Assembly: GCA_028534125.1 (NCBI GenBank)
Contig: CM052816.1
Span: forward strand, 17,424,001 to 17,488,000
Direction: 5' to 3'
Source: Lama glama
Taxonomy: Eukaryota
Length of the DNA: 64,000 nucleotides
Part shown: piece after piece, positions 1-13,990 of the stretch
Position numbering within the stretch: position 1 is the first letter of the stretch
Layout: each line of letters opens with the position of its first letter
Translations under genes and position numbers: made by a program
The notes under the pieces: generated by a model
Databases searched by the model: none
Seen by the model: the letters and a program-made list of their open reading frames with translations, nothing else
Told to the model about the DNA's origin: nothing

Positions 1-351
1 CAGACAGGAGTGTTGGCCAGGCCTGGCAGGCTGCTCAGGGCTCCAGTTGTTGAAAATCACAGCTCAGCCGTTGTTATCATAGGGAACAATGAATGAGGTC
101 ATTAGCATGTGGGCCAGACAGGCTGGGCCAATCATGAAACTGTTAATGCCGGCCTGGACTCAGAACTGCAGAAGCCTGGGGAGCCGTTAGCTACTGAGTG
201 GTGGAAAAATGTCAGCAGTCATACCCCTGCCTGTGTGCCTAAATGTGCCTGGATGTGCAGGTGAAAGTCCAAAGTGATCTGGTAGATGTTGAAGGATAGA
301 CATCTAAGCGTGTCTCTGTTCTCTGAGAACTGAAGATAAAACAAAATCCTT

Positions 352-400
352 ACACCGGAGAACAATGCATTGTAACTGACTATACTTCAATTAAAAAACA
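352..400 (+). mobile_element. Very short L1 3'-end fragment
   Basis: CATTGTAACTGACTATACTTCAATTAAAAAA matches the end of the L1 copy at 37564-37882. Confidence 0.7.
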
Positions 401-495
401 CAAGAACAAAATCCCTCTTACCTTTTAAACATACTCTTAAATAACATGTCATGTTTCATGTGTGTTATCTAAAATATAAAATTTACTTTGAAAAA

Positions 496-615
496 TTTTT
501 TTTTTATTTTTAAATTTTTTTGTTGAAGTGTAGTTGACTTACAGTGTTAGTTTCAGGTGTACAGCAAAGTGATTCAGTTATACATATACATACATATATA
601 TTTCCTTTTCAGATA
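496..615 (-). mobile_element. L1 3'-end fragment
   Basis: Poly-T followed by GTTGAAGTGTAGTTGACTTACAGTGTTAGTTTCAGGTGTACAGCAAAGTGATTCAG, typical of an artiodactyl L1 3' UTR in antisense. Confidence 0.75.
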
Positions 616-797
616 AAAGTTACTTTTGTCAAAGTAATATATTCACAGATATAAAATACTTACAATAGAAGTTAGCAGTCAAATGCCCCTGCCCCACCCC
701 CCCGTCCCTTTTCAGTTCTGTCCCCCAGTTGGTTGCTTTCCACATCTTTAATATTTCTTTGGGAATTTAATAGATAATGTGCTAATACTGCCATTTC

Positions 798-960
798 TTT
801 CTATTGGTTTATTTATAGTTGATGTACAATATTATATAAGTTACAGGTGTACAACATAGGGATTCACACATTTTTAAGGTTATCCTCCATTTATAGTTAT
901 TATAAAATATTGGCTATAGTCTCTGTGTTGTACAATATACCATTGTAGCTTATTTATTTT
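798..960 (-). mobile_element. L1 3'-end fragment
   Basis: TATAGTTGATGTACAATATTATATAAGTTACAGGTGTACAACATAG, antisense L1 3' UTR. Confidence 0.7.
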
Positions 961-2016
961 ACCATTTCTTAGTGTATCTATGTCTTGGACGTTACTGAAC
1001 TCTTGCTAGAGTGTGGGTAGGTTTAGGACGCTTGTACACAGCCCTCTACCCACTTCCCACTCCCCACCTCACTGCCACTTCCCTGTTCTTCCAGTACAAG
1101 TAGGTAATGTATTTTGTTTGAATTTGAAGTCAGTGGTTAAATGATTATGATTATGTAGTTTATGGACAAGCCAAGTACAGTACTATGGTTGTTTTCTTTT
1201 GAGGGGGAATTTTAATTTTGTTTCTTCCTAGAGTTAATGTCTTTTCCCCCCTATATTTTACTGGCAGAGTTTTCTTTTTATATAACCTTAATTTCTTTTT
1301 CATTAGCATCCTCCACTTTCCTATTGAAAACTTTTTCTGAATAACACCTAGATATTCTATCCATTCTGCATTGTTTCCTCCTGGAGTCCTCCTTCCTGGA
1401 AGCTTCCATCTTCCTGCTCCTAATTTGGACTGAATATTCTCTAGGCCTGTGGCACAGTGTCACCCAGAGGTACTGCAGCTTCCCTGCTTCAGATTCCTGC
1501 TTAAGTTTTGAGTTCTTCCAAGTCTGAGAATGAATTTATTGACTCCCACATGATTGATAGTTTAGCCAGCTATGAAATCTCAGGTTAAAAACTTATTTGA
1601 AAGCATTGCTCCATTATCTTCTGCATCCCATGTTCAGTTCTCTCCCTTTCTTTGGTCTCTCTGTCTAGAAAAGATGAAACTAGGTGGAAACTCTACTTTT
1701 GAGGTAGATTCTTTACTTTAGTTTTCCAAGCCTTCAATTGAATTCTTTTTCTTTGGGCTATCTTATTTTTCATTTTAGATTTCTTTCTTTCAACTCTGTT
1801 CCCTTATGAAAGGGAATCCTATTTTTTTCTTGGATGCCGTATCTATTTTTTATTAAAATTTTGACTTTTATGTCTCTTGAGTAGCTTAGTTTGCCTGTTC
1901 TTTACTTTTTTGTGTTTGTTCTGATCTTTCTGTCATATCAGAAGAATTCCTCAAATGTTAAGTGATATTTAGTTGGCTGTCAATGTTTCACAATAGGGCT
2001 CTAAAAAGCTCTTTGC

Positions 2017-2074
2017 TGTGTGCATGCGTGTGTGAGTATGTGTGCATGTGCGTGTGTGTGCGTGCGTGTGTGTG
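2017..2074. repeat. Imperfect (TG)n microsatellite
   Basis: Read directly. Confidence 0.9.
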
Positions 2075-3352
2075 ATTGGTCAGTCAGCACATGTCACTGT
2101 AGTAATACCAGGCAAATGTAGGAATCTGGCCATCTTTTCTCTGGATATGAATTGTCTAGACTCCAGCCTGGGAGGAGAATGCCTTGTTCCCAGCTTTATG
2201 GGAATAGAGTGGAGAAAATGGGCCTGAGGACTTAAAGGTAACCTATGTTTATCTCTAATAGGCCCGCTGTTCTTACATCCAGAGCCTGTGGGGGGATTTC
2301 TCCAGAGAATAAACCTTGGGAATAGGGTGGGTGGAGCAAGTCACCTGGCTGTTTGGGGCTGTGGAGGTGCAGTAATTCTGTATTCTGACTCTCCAGGTGT
2401 CCTCCTGTTTTCAGCTCTGCAGCTCATGCTCCCTACCTGCTGCCTTAGGGCAGTAGAACCTAGAACCTTAAGTCCTGAGCCTTTCAGGGCTTCTGTGTTG
2501 GGGTGAGGGAAGAAGAGATTAGTTTGTATATACAGGTATCTCTATTTTGTGGGCACATTGGTGGTAGCTTTTTTGCTCAGCTGTGCAAATTACCAACCCT
2601 GCAACCACTTTCTGTCTTCCCAAAATCAGTGGAAAATTTTTATTCCCTGGTATCTCCTTTCTGATTCTCTTTTCCCTTGGCAATTATACTTAAACATTAC
2701 TTTGCTATTATTTCAGTGGGGTTTTTGGAGGGAGCAAAGATAAATGCTTATGGTCAATGGGGCATATTTAACTGGAGTCTTACGTTTACGGTCGTTTTAA
2801 AAATTGAATACATAGGTGATTGGCTTAAGTCCAGTAAGTACTACTGGGATTAAAGATGGACTGCTTTGGGCTCGCAAAATAATTCTCCTGTGTCTTGAAG
2901 CTGTACAAAGTTTATATGCTTTTTTCCCCTCTCATAATGGCCTTTGGCATTTTCCTCTCATAATTTAATATTCAAATATTTGTAAAAAATAACTACACTC
3001 AAATGTAGTAAAGCAAAGAAAACTGTTGTTTAGGGAGCAAGGCCGCCCAATAATAGCTTGAAGTGTTTGTCCGTGAGTTAGACAGCCCAGCTTTGGGGTG
3101 AAAGGACAGTGTAGAGATAACAATGTGTGAGGTACGAAAGTCACAGACATGGCAATAAGGACTGCTGGGAGATTTGAGCGTTTAAAAAAACGAGGTTGGC
3201 ATTGTGTGTCTCACCAGCTGCGTCACTTCCAGTGTGTCTGTGGGACTCTAGCAACTGCACTTGGTGGGATCCCTTTTCATCCTTCAGTGGGTAATTCCTC
3301 CCCTGGGAAGCCTTCCTTCTTCCATCCTGGGCAGGGCTAGTTGCTTCTTATA

Positions 3353-3600
3353 CAGTTGACCCTTGAACAACAAGGGTTTGAATTGGGTGGGTCCACTTAC
3401 ACGCAGATTTTTTTCAGTAGTAAAGACTATGGTAACACGTGGTCCATGGTCAGTTGAGTCTGTGGATACAGAACCTCAGATACAGAGGCACCGTGTACAC
3501 AAGGGCACTGTATACAGAGAGCGGACTAGACATTATATTTGGATTTTAGATGGCGCTGAGGGTCAGAGCTCCTAACCCCGTGTTTTTCAAGGGTCAACTG
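3353..3600. mobile_element. Tigger2/MER8-like Tc1-mariner MITE
   Basis: Perfect 15-bp TIRs CAGTTGACCCTTGAA / TTCAAGGGTCAACTG; TA duplicated at 3351-3352 and 3601-3602. Confidence 0.92.
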
Positions 3601-6449
3601 TATGTTTTGGTCATGTTTTCTTTTTCACACTCTCTTGTGGTAGCTTCCAAATGCTCTTCTGTGGCCTGTAGGGTCTCTTCTGGACTGTAGTGCCCTTAGA
3701 AAATACTCGATACATCCCTGGTAGTTAATGGATGAACTGGTTATATGCTCTGGCCACTGGGCCGGGCTCAAGGGCTTGCCTTCAAGGGGTCGGCCTTCTT
3801 AGCGTAAGACTCAGGTCTTGGTATTAATATCAAAGTCACATGTCTGTGCTCAGGCACTTGCCTGTCCTCCCACCCCACTTTTAGCTTCCCTACCGTAGTA
3901 AGGCCAAGCTTGGCAGCATCACAGGGACCAGAATTCTTCTGGTTCCTCCTTCCCCCTTACTGGAACATGTATCTCCCCCTTGCCTCTCCCACTGTGAGTT
4001 CCTTAAGGGACTATATTTGATTCATCACCACAGCCTCACTCTTCTGGCAAGGAGCCCAGTGCCTGAAACATAGTAGGCGCTCAATCAGTGTTTGTAGAAT
4101 GAATTGTAAATAATTATGCCTAAAAATCTCATAGTGCATATAGTTTTCAAGTGCCTCCGTGCATTAGCCGATTCCTAGAAACAAACAGATGAACATTGAG
4201 AAGCTTGCAAATCATGAATCTTAAGGAATTCATGGATGGCCTTACAGAACTTGTGAGCCTCTTAAAATTGGATGCAAAGTCTTGCGTATGTTTGGTATAT
4301 GTGCATTTTTCTGGGGAGGAGTTATTATAGCTTTATGTTTAAAACGTTAAGAACCACCAAAGAAAATGAGGCTTGGAGCTATGCACAAATACGTCTGAAT
4401 ATACACTCTAAGATGAGAAGTGCTCTGTCGATGCAAGGTGTTATTATTTTTGTCTGTAGGTGTCTCCTGCTTTCAAATAGGCATTCTTCTGAGCTGACCA
4501 CACCTTATGGTGCCATCCTTTCTTGGAAACACCATAGCTTTTAGGTTTATGGACCCAAAATATCTTTGGGTCCATGGTTCTTGGAAACTAACCCTGGAAT
4601 CTTAGATTCAGAGTCTCTGAGCCTCATGCATGAGTCTGAAGCTCCAGGTTACTCAAAGACATTTTTAGGTTAATAACTAACCAGATTGGGTAGAGCGTTT
4701 TGTTTCACAAACATGATCATAATTTGTTCTTATTTAATTCTAAATTATAAATGATTATTCAGTAGGTTTTTTCCCCCTCCTTTTTAAACAGGCTCTTGAA
4801 AACATTGCTTTAATGAAAAATAAAACTTAAATGCAGCTGTGGTGTCGGTATGTAATGACTGAAGTATAATTAAGAGTTGCAATTATTTCCAATTAGGCAT
4901 TTGGAATGCCAAAGCAGGGACCCCAGTCAACTTAACCCAGGCAAGGGCACATCAGGTCTGAACCAGGGACAGGGCGCGGAGTAGGAAGGGGTTGACTTGG
5001 GGACTCCCTGGGATGGGACACCTCGGGATCAATTCCTAACATGTGGTGGGATGGAAGAGGGATGGTCCCAAGCTTCCCAGGCTCTGGGAGGAGAGAAAGC
5101 TCTGAATAATATTTCCCTGAAGACTTCTGAATCTTATCTGCTTGAGAATAGACAGACACCCTGGAATAACCTTCTCTCCTTATGAAAATGCAACTCTCTT
5201 CTCTGATTACCTTCCCGGATTGCCCACAGAGGCCTCGTGGCCTGGTTTAATTTTCAGGCTGCCAGCCCTTCTTACTCCCATGGTTTCGTGCTACCTCACC
5301 TACAGCCACCTTCCCCGTGGCCCCACTAGAGACCGTTACTATGCCCACCTTATTTTTTCACAGTTAACATGATCAGGTTTCCATGACCCCATGGCCCTGC
5401 CATGAGCTCATACATGAACCCAAGCTATGACTTGATGTCATGGTCCTAACATGGAGAGCAGGGGGTTAAAGTCTGAATTGTCTGGCTTTTGGGCTGGTTC
5501 TCCTGGTGGTATTATTTCCCTTTGAGCCCTTCTCCTGCAGTTGGGTGATACTGGTGCCTGGACAGGGTGGGAGCAGGAGGCAGGCGTATCAGAGAAATGC
5601 CATGCCTGGCAGACCTGTTAGTTGGTGGTACAGGCACCTGTGGCAGAGCCATGGTGAGATGTGGCTGGAAAGGTCCCATACTACCTGCTCACAGCAGTAG
5701 ACTTCTGAGCTGGGGTTTTATCTAGCAGCATGGCTAGTATGGGGTCACTGGAAGATTTTGAATGAAGAAGAGATCTGGCCAGAATGGGGCTTTGGAAGAT
5801 TTGTCAGGCATCCTCTTTGTAGGGGTCAATAGGTGGGGAGCACCTGGAAGCAGTAAGATGTACAGAGACCACTCCTGCTGTCCAGGGAAAGTGATGATGA
5901 ACTGGCCACAGGCCAGTGGAATGTGGGATTGAGAAGTGGGGTGTGGGAGGCAGCAACAGAGGATACCAGGTGCCTAGCAGGATGGAATGGTCTGGAGAAG
6001 TGGGGAAGAGAGGGGAGGTCAGCCGTGCTGGGGTTGGGAGATTTTGAACTTAGTTAACTGGAAGCATTAAGAGAGACCAGGAGAGGTGGGACTGGATGAG
6101 AGGAGGGGGAGCATGAGTTTGGGATGAGTCATACTATCTGAGAATGTCCATGTGGAAGTGTTCAGTTAGCATCAGGAGTATGGGGGCTGGGTTGGGTCAT
6201 CCTTGGTGACAGGGCAGAGTGGAAATATAAAAGGACTGGGGACCAGGTCCCTGGGGGATGCTGTGTGAACCCAGGGCTGGGAAAGGGCCAGCAGGAAACA
6301 GCCCTGCTATATACTAACAGATCTTCATCCTCAAGGACTGGCACCAGCTGTGAGCTGGGTCTGTGGACTTACCATGACCCTTGTCTGTCAGGCTAGGACG
6401 GAAGCTCCCATGCTGGTTAGCAGATTCTGACCTCGGAACTGGGCAGATC

Positions 6450-6600
6450 TGAGTTCTCACCCACCTCTGCCACTTCTGGGTGTACAGCACTGGCTAATTT
6501 ATTTAGCCTTTGGAACATCCATTTCCTTATCTGTAAAATGGAATAACAATGGGACCTTCCCATTGTTAGCACATACTTCCTAAGCACACTTTGTGTGCTG
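6450..6600. mobile_element. MIR SINE (others near 8.8, 11.9-12.1, 32.7-32.9, 33.4-33.6, 40.5-40.7 and 41.5-41.8 kb)
   Basis: MIR core-like TTTCCTTATCTGTAAAATGGAATAACA. Confidence 0.7.
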
Positions 6601-9600
6601 AGCATCATGGGTTTACAGGAATAAGATGTGAGTCTCTGCCCTCAAACCGCTTACCACCTAGAGGGAGGCAGATGGAACACCAAGGATAGTAACGTGATGG
6701 GCGCTACAGAGACCGGATCAGGGAGCTTTAGAAGCTCATGAGACGGCCGCCTAGTCTGTGTGTATGTGTGTGTGTACTGAGGTGGGGGTGGGATTGGAAG
6801 AGAGAGAATGTTTCCTGTTTCCTGGAGGGGATGTTTCAGATGAACTTGAAGGCTGAGCAGGCAGGAGTGAGTCCAGGGCTTTTCAACCCTGGACTGTGCA
6901 TGAGGGGGACATGTAGTTGGTCAACCCACCATGACCGATGACATCAGAATCTGGGGGACTGGGGGCCAGGCATTGGCATATTTTTAAGGCATCCTATGTG
7001 ACTAATTAGCAAAAGAAAAGGGGGAATAGGGAACGGAAAGGAAATTCCGGTGGACATAGCTTCATGTGTGGAATCTCAAAGGGACAAGAAGGAAGCATGA
7101 TTTGGACGGACTGCAGAAATCAGCCTGTGCCTCCAGGCCTGTGCCTCTGCAGTTTCTTTGCCTCACTTGGAGCCCCTGAATCTCATGTCCCGAATGCCTT
7201 CTACATAAGGGTGGCCATTCCTGCACACACCACGTGTTGTTTTTACAAAGAGAAATGGGAAACCCTGTTTTGCCCTGAGGGACCAGCCTGTTTAGCTGCC
7301 AGTCATGAAAATCCATATGTAAAAAAGGTAAGTAATGATTCAAGGCAGCAGACCAAGTGTTAAAAAGACCAAAGACTCCAGCAGCTGGGAGGAAATTGAG
7401 AGTGGAGAAGGTTGGAGAGATGGTGGGGAGGACTCCCTGGAGGAGACAACAATGAACCTGAACCAGGAAGATGGGCTGCTTTGACAGTTCACTTTGGAGA
7501 GAAATTAATCCCATATCCATGCGTTGCCCAGCTGGCCAACTACACAGTCCATGTGAGGTGAATTTATTGGAAGAAAGAGCCAACTTGAACTACTGAACTT
7601 TGAAGGACTTGAAAAAAGTGTGCTTAGCTATTTCTGCATTCTCCCCCGATGCCAGCCAGGCCTGACAGAGTTGGGATTGGGATGCTGCCGCCCCAGGATG
7701 GAATTGCCTCTTTTTATATTAGCGTGCGGCTTTGAAATGTAATATGACAAGTTCGCCTGTCACAGGCCTGAGAAGGTCCTCAGCTGTCACCCCTGGCTCT
7801 TCTCCTGCTGCAAAGGGGCCACATTAGAATCCAACCCCAGAGCAAATGAATCTGGAGTTCACTGAGACAGCAGGTGCTTTTTATAGCTTTCAACGGATTT
7901 TGAATGGTGCATGGAACTGACAAAAAAAAAAAGAACAACCTCTCAAGGCAACAGCTTCACTGGACACAGTGTTTTGAAAAGGATTCAATTCCATTGAAAT
8001 CATGGTATTTTGAGTATTTTTCACAGTCTGTACCCTCTGCCTTCCTTTTTATTTTCTATAGGAAAAGTGCAAATGTGAATTAAAATTGCCTGGGAAAGTC
8101 TAGGCATAAATATTAAAACGCTTGGCGGCTGGTTAAAGAGAATTTATGTCTGCATTTTCTCTTTGTTGCAGAAACATGCTTTTATTTTGGCAGAGGCTGT
8201 TCTTCCAGACTTCAGAAGAGTTCTTCCTGGTGCTTTCTCCCTCTTTCTTTAGCTGCCCCTGTGTCCCTTCACCTCTGCCCCACCTCTGAGTCAGGTGTCT
8301 TGGAAACGAGACCATCATCTGTCTACAAAGCAGGGACTCAAACTCCAATGCCCACAGGGCCCGCAGATAAACAAATGAGTGATGTAAGCTGGGGAACCTT
8401 GGGTGCCCTGGAGGGGTCGTGCCTGTCCGGAAGGATGGAGACTACTGTGCCACTGATGGTGCCCACAGGCATGCAGTCCCAGGGTGGCTGTGTCTCTCGA
8501 GTTGATTTTAAAATATTGGCAGCTAAGAAATGACACCACTGTGTGGACTGAATACAATCCACTAGGTTCATCTCCAAGGCTACCTGTTGGCAGCCTCTGC
8601 CGTCGATGTGTTAGGCTCTCCGGGCCCATTTATAAGCTGCGGCTGCCTCCCGGTGTAAGGGACCCCTCTCTTCTCTGCTCGCAGGCCTGCGTGGGCCAGC
8701 AGCTATCTCTTCTAGGAAGAGTTTTCGTTTGAAAGAGTGACCTCATCATGTAGAGGGAAGAGCCTGGGCCAGAGAGGCCGGGGATCTGTACTTCTGTTCA
8801 TGCTCTGCCACTTCTGGGGCTGGGTGACCTTGAGCAAGTCATTTAACACCCTGTGGGTCTCCGTTCCTCTATTCTTTTAAATAAGGAAAATTATATCTGA
8901 ATTTCCCACTGGTTTTCTTGTGAGACAAATAGGGTAACATAAGTAATGTGACTTAAAAAGTGTAAATTCTTGTTCTTGTTTTGGGTGGCCAGCACGTGAT
9001 ACGAAGGAATTGTGAACTTGAAAGGAACTGTCTACTCCAGACATGTCCAGGTTCCAGCCTGGTTCTTAGTCCTGACTTCAACCCAGGGAAAGTGAGGCTT
9101 GGGGCTTTCTGTCTGCATCTGTCAGCCTGTTTTTTTTTTTCCTGAATCCAGCAGGGTACGGACCCCAGACAGAAGGGCAGGGATGGGGCAGGCAGAGCTG
9201 GGGAACAGCAGATCCCTTCACACCCCACTGGGCTGTGATGGCTCAGAGCATTCTTGAAAAACTGTGGGATCACCGGTTTGTTTAAGTAGAATATTTAAAA
9301 CCAGAAACCTTATCCAGGGTACCATTTACCAAACTGGTGTTGTAACACACACTCTTCTCAGTAGGATTTTGAAAGGAATGAGAAAAGGATTTCATACTCA
9401 GGTAAATTGGGAAACATTGTTTTCAGGTTGAATGACCATGTTTCTTGTAGACCCCTCAGAGTTTTAAAAATAACATGCTGACGTGTATTGGGAGGTGAGA
9501 GGATATGATTTCTCCAGCCTTTGTTTACTGAGCATGGGCTACCATTTCCTTAAGACTCACTTTGGGTAACTCACACCTAGGTCGGCAGATCATTTCCTCA

Positions 9601-12600
9601 CTCGGTTGACTTCTGTTGTGTGCCACCCGAGTGCCAGGCACAGGGGACAAGATGGTGAGTGAAAGCAGACCTAGGCTCGACGCTGCCCTCTCGATGTTGA
9701 CAGTCCAGTGGGGGAAGCCAGCCTTAATCAAGTAAGCACACACCGGGTGTAAGATGACAGCAGAGGAAAGTGCGTGCAGGAGAGGAGTGTGGCCCCGTCA
9801 GGGATTTGCCCGCTCTGTGTAGAGAGGGAGGGCTGAGGGAGCTGTGAATGATACAGAGACATTAACCAACCCCAGCAGCCCTGAGTCAGGGTGCGGGCAC
9901 TTCCCAAAAGTGGGGAGAAGCCACTGCGACCAGAGCTCTGGAGGGTGAGGGCTTGTGGGGATCTGGTGGAGAAGGTGGGGAAGGCACCAAGCTCTCCTCA
10001 GCCATGACAGGGAGCAGTGATCGCCTGGCTGGGGCCGGGGTGGGGGTGGGGTTGTCTGCGCAAGGCAGATACCCCTCGTGCCCCGAGGTGCAGGAGGCCT
10101 CTATGGCTGGGTGCACAGAATAACAAACACACGCTGGCCGCCTGGGGCAGTGCTGAGCTTCTTGCTGCCGAGAACGGTGCTCTGACCTGTGAGTACCGTC
10201 AGCTTTCCGTGCAGATGGACTGTTTCCCGGGGAAGGATGCAGCTGCCTGCTGGGAAACTTGTGCTGGGGCCTCCAGCTGGTGACTCTGTTCACAATTACG
10301 TTCCTCTTGCTCCTATTTGCTCTGGAATCAAGAATTTGGTGATTGTGCCCCCCGGGGACTAATATTCTCCTGAATTTCATAAAACATAAAGCAGCAGAGC
10401 ATCAGCGATGCCCTCCCTGTGTTGCACATTTATGCAGTGAGTGTTTACTGAGCGTTATTCAGGGCATGGGGTAGGGGTGGGGTAGAGAGGTGAACAAGAC
10501 AGTTGAGACCCCAGCTTTCACTGGGCTCTACTTTGCTCGGGGACGGTTTGGGTGGGAGTGGGACAGGCAGGGAAACAAGGCTGATGAAACTGGGGGCTGT
10601 GGGAGGACCTGACCTTATCCGGACAGCTTCAGGGAAAGCTCTGGGGGCAATGTTGACTAAGGTAAGGGAGGAGGATGCGCCACTGGGGCGAGGCCAGGGA
10701 GGAGAGAATGGACGTGGTTCTAGAGGAAGGAGAACATGGCTTAGTCATGTGGCTGGAGCCCAGGTGCAGGGCTGGGAGGGACACTTAAGATTTCCACTTT
10801 CCCTTGCTCTCCTGAAGACATTCCCTGGAGTTTGTCAGAGGTCCTGAGCAGTCTTGGTCACAATTATATAATGCAGTTGTATTTTTCCTTCTGAGCACAC
10901 CAGGTCCCAGACACACCAGACCAAGCCGTGTTTCTCATCTACTGCGTATATGAGGGGATTGCGACGCTTGCGATGCCAGAAGTTGCATGAAGTAATCATT
11001 GCAAACTCCTGGAGTGTGTGTCCCGCTACGAAGCCTTTGTGCGGATGCCCTGAGCCCAGCACCAAAGAACTGATAGAACTGCCATGACAAGGGACAGCTT
11101 TTTTCATTTAATAAGAAGGATAGGGGTGGTAGGAATATATTGGCTGCAGTGACCTTTCACAGTAGGCAGAGATATACCAGTGTTGAAACAATTATCTCAA
11201 GCGCCTGCGGGTACCAGCTCCCTGTTGATAACATGTGGCGCTAATTACCTTGAAGAATTTAGGGCAGATGTTGGTGCTTGGAATTAATTGGCCAGCAGAA
11301 GGTCTGAGCCTGGCTCAGGACCAGGAGCCAAGGTGGGGCAGCTCTGTCTTGTCATGTCCCCCTTTCACGACTGCGGATGTGGTTTCTGTCCTCCTCCAGA
11401 CACTGTGCTTTATTGCTCCCTCTTAACCTTCTCAGAGGACCAAAAGTGTGATTGGCTGACCAGTTACCCCTGTCTCTGTTTATAGCCTTCTAGACCTGCA
11501 GGGGAGGAATAGGATGGCCAGTTAATCAAAATATTCTGTGTGGAAAAGGTCAGCGTGGTGGTGCTCCTACTATATATTTTCCCAGAATGAGAGATATTAA
11601 CATTCTGCCTCCTCATTCCTTTCCAAGTTGACGCAGGTGGTCAGGAAATTGCATCAGTGCTGTGGATCCTTGATGACCACGATTTTAACGAAAGAGAGTG
11701 ATGGTGCCAAGTCTGATGACATTTTTCTTTTTCCTATTGGACCAGTGTTAATCTGGAAGGGTGGGCAGTGACCCTGGGACACGCTCAGTGCTTTCCCTGC
11801 CACGAGCTCCCAGGCTCTGCTCTCTACCCTCTCTCGTTTTATACAACACACTACACATGTAAGTGCTTATGACATTATTAATTAACCTTTATCTGGGGCC
11901 ACTTTGTGCTAGGCTGTGTGCCAAGCATTTCACATGCATCATCTCATTTAATCCCCATGACAACCTAACGGGGTTCATTATGCCCCTTTAACAGACAGGG
12001 AAGCTGACAACCAGAAAGGTTAACCAACATACCCACGCGACTCAGCTGGTCAGTGGGATGCCGGGACGTGAACGCCGGGAGTTTGACTCCAGAGCCACCT
12101 TTGTTTCAACACCCTTTCCCACCAGGTCCTGACCACAAGGATGGAGATGATGACTGACTTGCTCATTTCCATACCTTAGTTCCCAACAGAAGCCAAGTAC
12201 ACAGGGGAGGCTCAGTAAGTATTTGTTAAGTGAATAAATAAACTTAAACCCCCAACCTTGCTTGGATTTTAGGGCAGGAAAGGTGGGTCCAAGGCAGAGG
12301 GTCAGGGCTGAGTGGATTTGCTGTGGGCTTTTGGAGACGTAGTCTGGAGGGCTGGGGTGCATGAGGGGCTGGCCTGAATGGTGGTGGGAGTGGGGGGGGG
12401 GCAGGGTGGTTCCTCTTGTAGAATCAAATGGAAGCTGCTTTGATTAGTCAAGGGAAGCTCACTTTTGCAGAATGGAGAAATCGTTGCTGTTGATGGTAGC
12501 AAACATTGTGGGTCATTTGGTATCATTTCTTGTTTCCCAAAATCTTTAGCTTTGAAAACTCTGGTCCATATAGCTAGCTAACTAAAAACAGAAGAAAACC

Positions 12601-13899
12601 CTAGACATAGCCATTCACCTTTCACATATCCTTAGAGAATCTTGTACTCTCAGTCAGTGGAGTGTGTATCGGTGCACGTGTGTCTGTGGATGCATGCATC
12701 TCCGTTACTGAACTTAGCATGTTGAATTTTCTGCAGTGAGTGCTTCTCATTTGTACCATAGAAAGATGTTCCCTTTTGAAAAAAATTAAATTGTATAAAC
12801 AAAACAGAAAAGCCTGAAGGAAAAAGTGCAAATCACTTGATAACACACCACCCAGAGACAACAGGTAGATAATTTGGTGAACATTCTTCCAACATCGGTC
12901 GGTGTGTGTGTAAGATAGAATTTTACAAAGGGTAAAATACTGTAGATACTGTTCTGTAATCTGCTTTTTTCTGCTCCACTTAATATACTGTAGAGATCTC
13001 TCCCTGTCAATAAATATAGTGCTGCATCATTCTTTTTAATGGCTATATAGGACTCTATTGTATGGCTGTTTCATGATTAATTTAACCTGTCCCTTATGAT
13101 GTACATTTATCCGCATTCAGATGGCACTATAATTATCCATTTAATCATCTATCTTTCCCTGTAGGCTGTAGCTCATTGAAAGCAGGGACATTCTGAATCC
13201 ACAAGGTGTCCAGTAAATTTTCGATGGATGGAGGAGAGAGTGAGGAGAGGAAGAGGCTTTGTCATTGCTGTGGCTTGTTTCTGGCTAAACCTGTGTTCTG
13301 AATGACAGCCTATTAACCCGTGGCTGGTGAGGGCAGTTCAGTGATTATAAAGCTGGACATTCACTGTTCTTTTGGTGTCATGAGTTTAAATCCTGGGGCC
13401 ATGAGGAAGTATTTCTGACACCAATCAGATTAAATTCTGATCTTCTCGAAGGGAAGTGCTTGGTTTCTTCGCCCTGTGGGTTACTTTCCATGCTGTTACG
13501 GGCTCTCCTCTGCTCATGTCTTCCAAAGCCACACAGGCTGCCAGGGCAGATGCCTCCCACACATTTAGGGAAACAAGAATTGGCTTTTGGCATTGGGGGC
13601 AGTGCCAGGAATGATGGCTCATCTACTCTCCTGTCTTTCTTTAGAGCTATGAGCTGGGTGCCTTAGCCCCATTCCAGGGGGATAGAATGTGCTAAAAACA
13701 TAAATATGGAAAAAAAAAACCCAACCATTCTAGACCATTCACTTAAAATAAAGTTAAAATTCTAGATGCCTGCTTCTGGGGAGAGTCAAAGATTTTGTTA
13801 AGCTGGGGTCCTTCACCTGGGGTACATCAGTAGGGGGTTATATGGATTCCTTCACTGTATTTTCCAATCCCTTGAAATAGTATGAAGAATTTTGTATTA

Positions 13900-13990
13900 C
13901 ATGCATATACATATCATATATAATACATATTATTATATACATATATAATACATATTATATATGATACATATATATTATATTTGTATTATA
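13900..13990. repeat. AT-rich (TA/CATATA)n low-complexity tract inside a degraded hAT-like element
   Basis: Read directly; the flanks resemble hAT-Charlie remnants. Confidence 0.75.

Noticed and set aside
7062..7583. 173-aa ORF (similarly 9886-10380, 32221-32727, 39306-39788, 61072-61563)
   Set aside because: No recognisable domain or splice structure; several overlap L2, MIR or MER repeats; lengths are compatible with chance when alternative starts are allowed.
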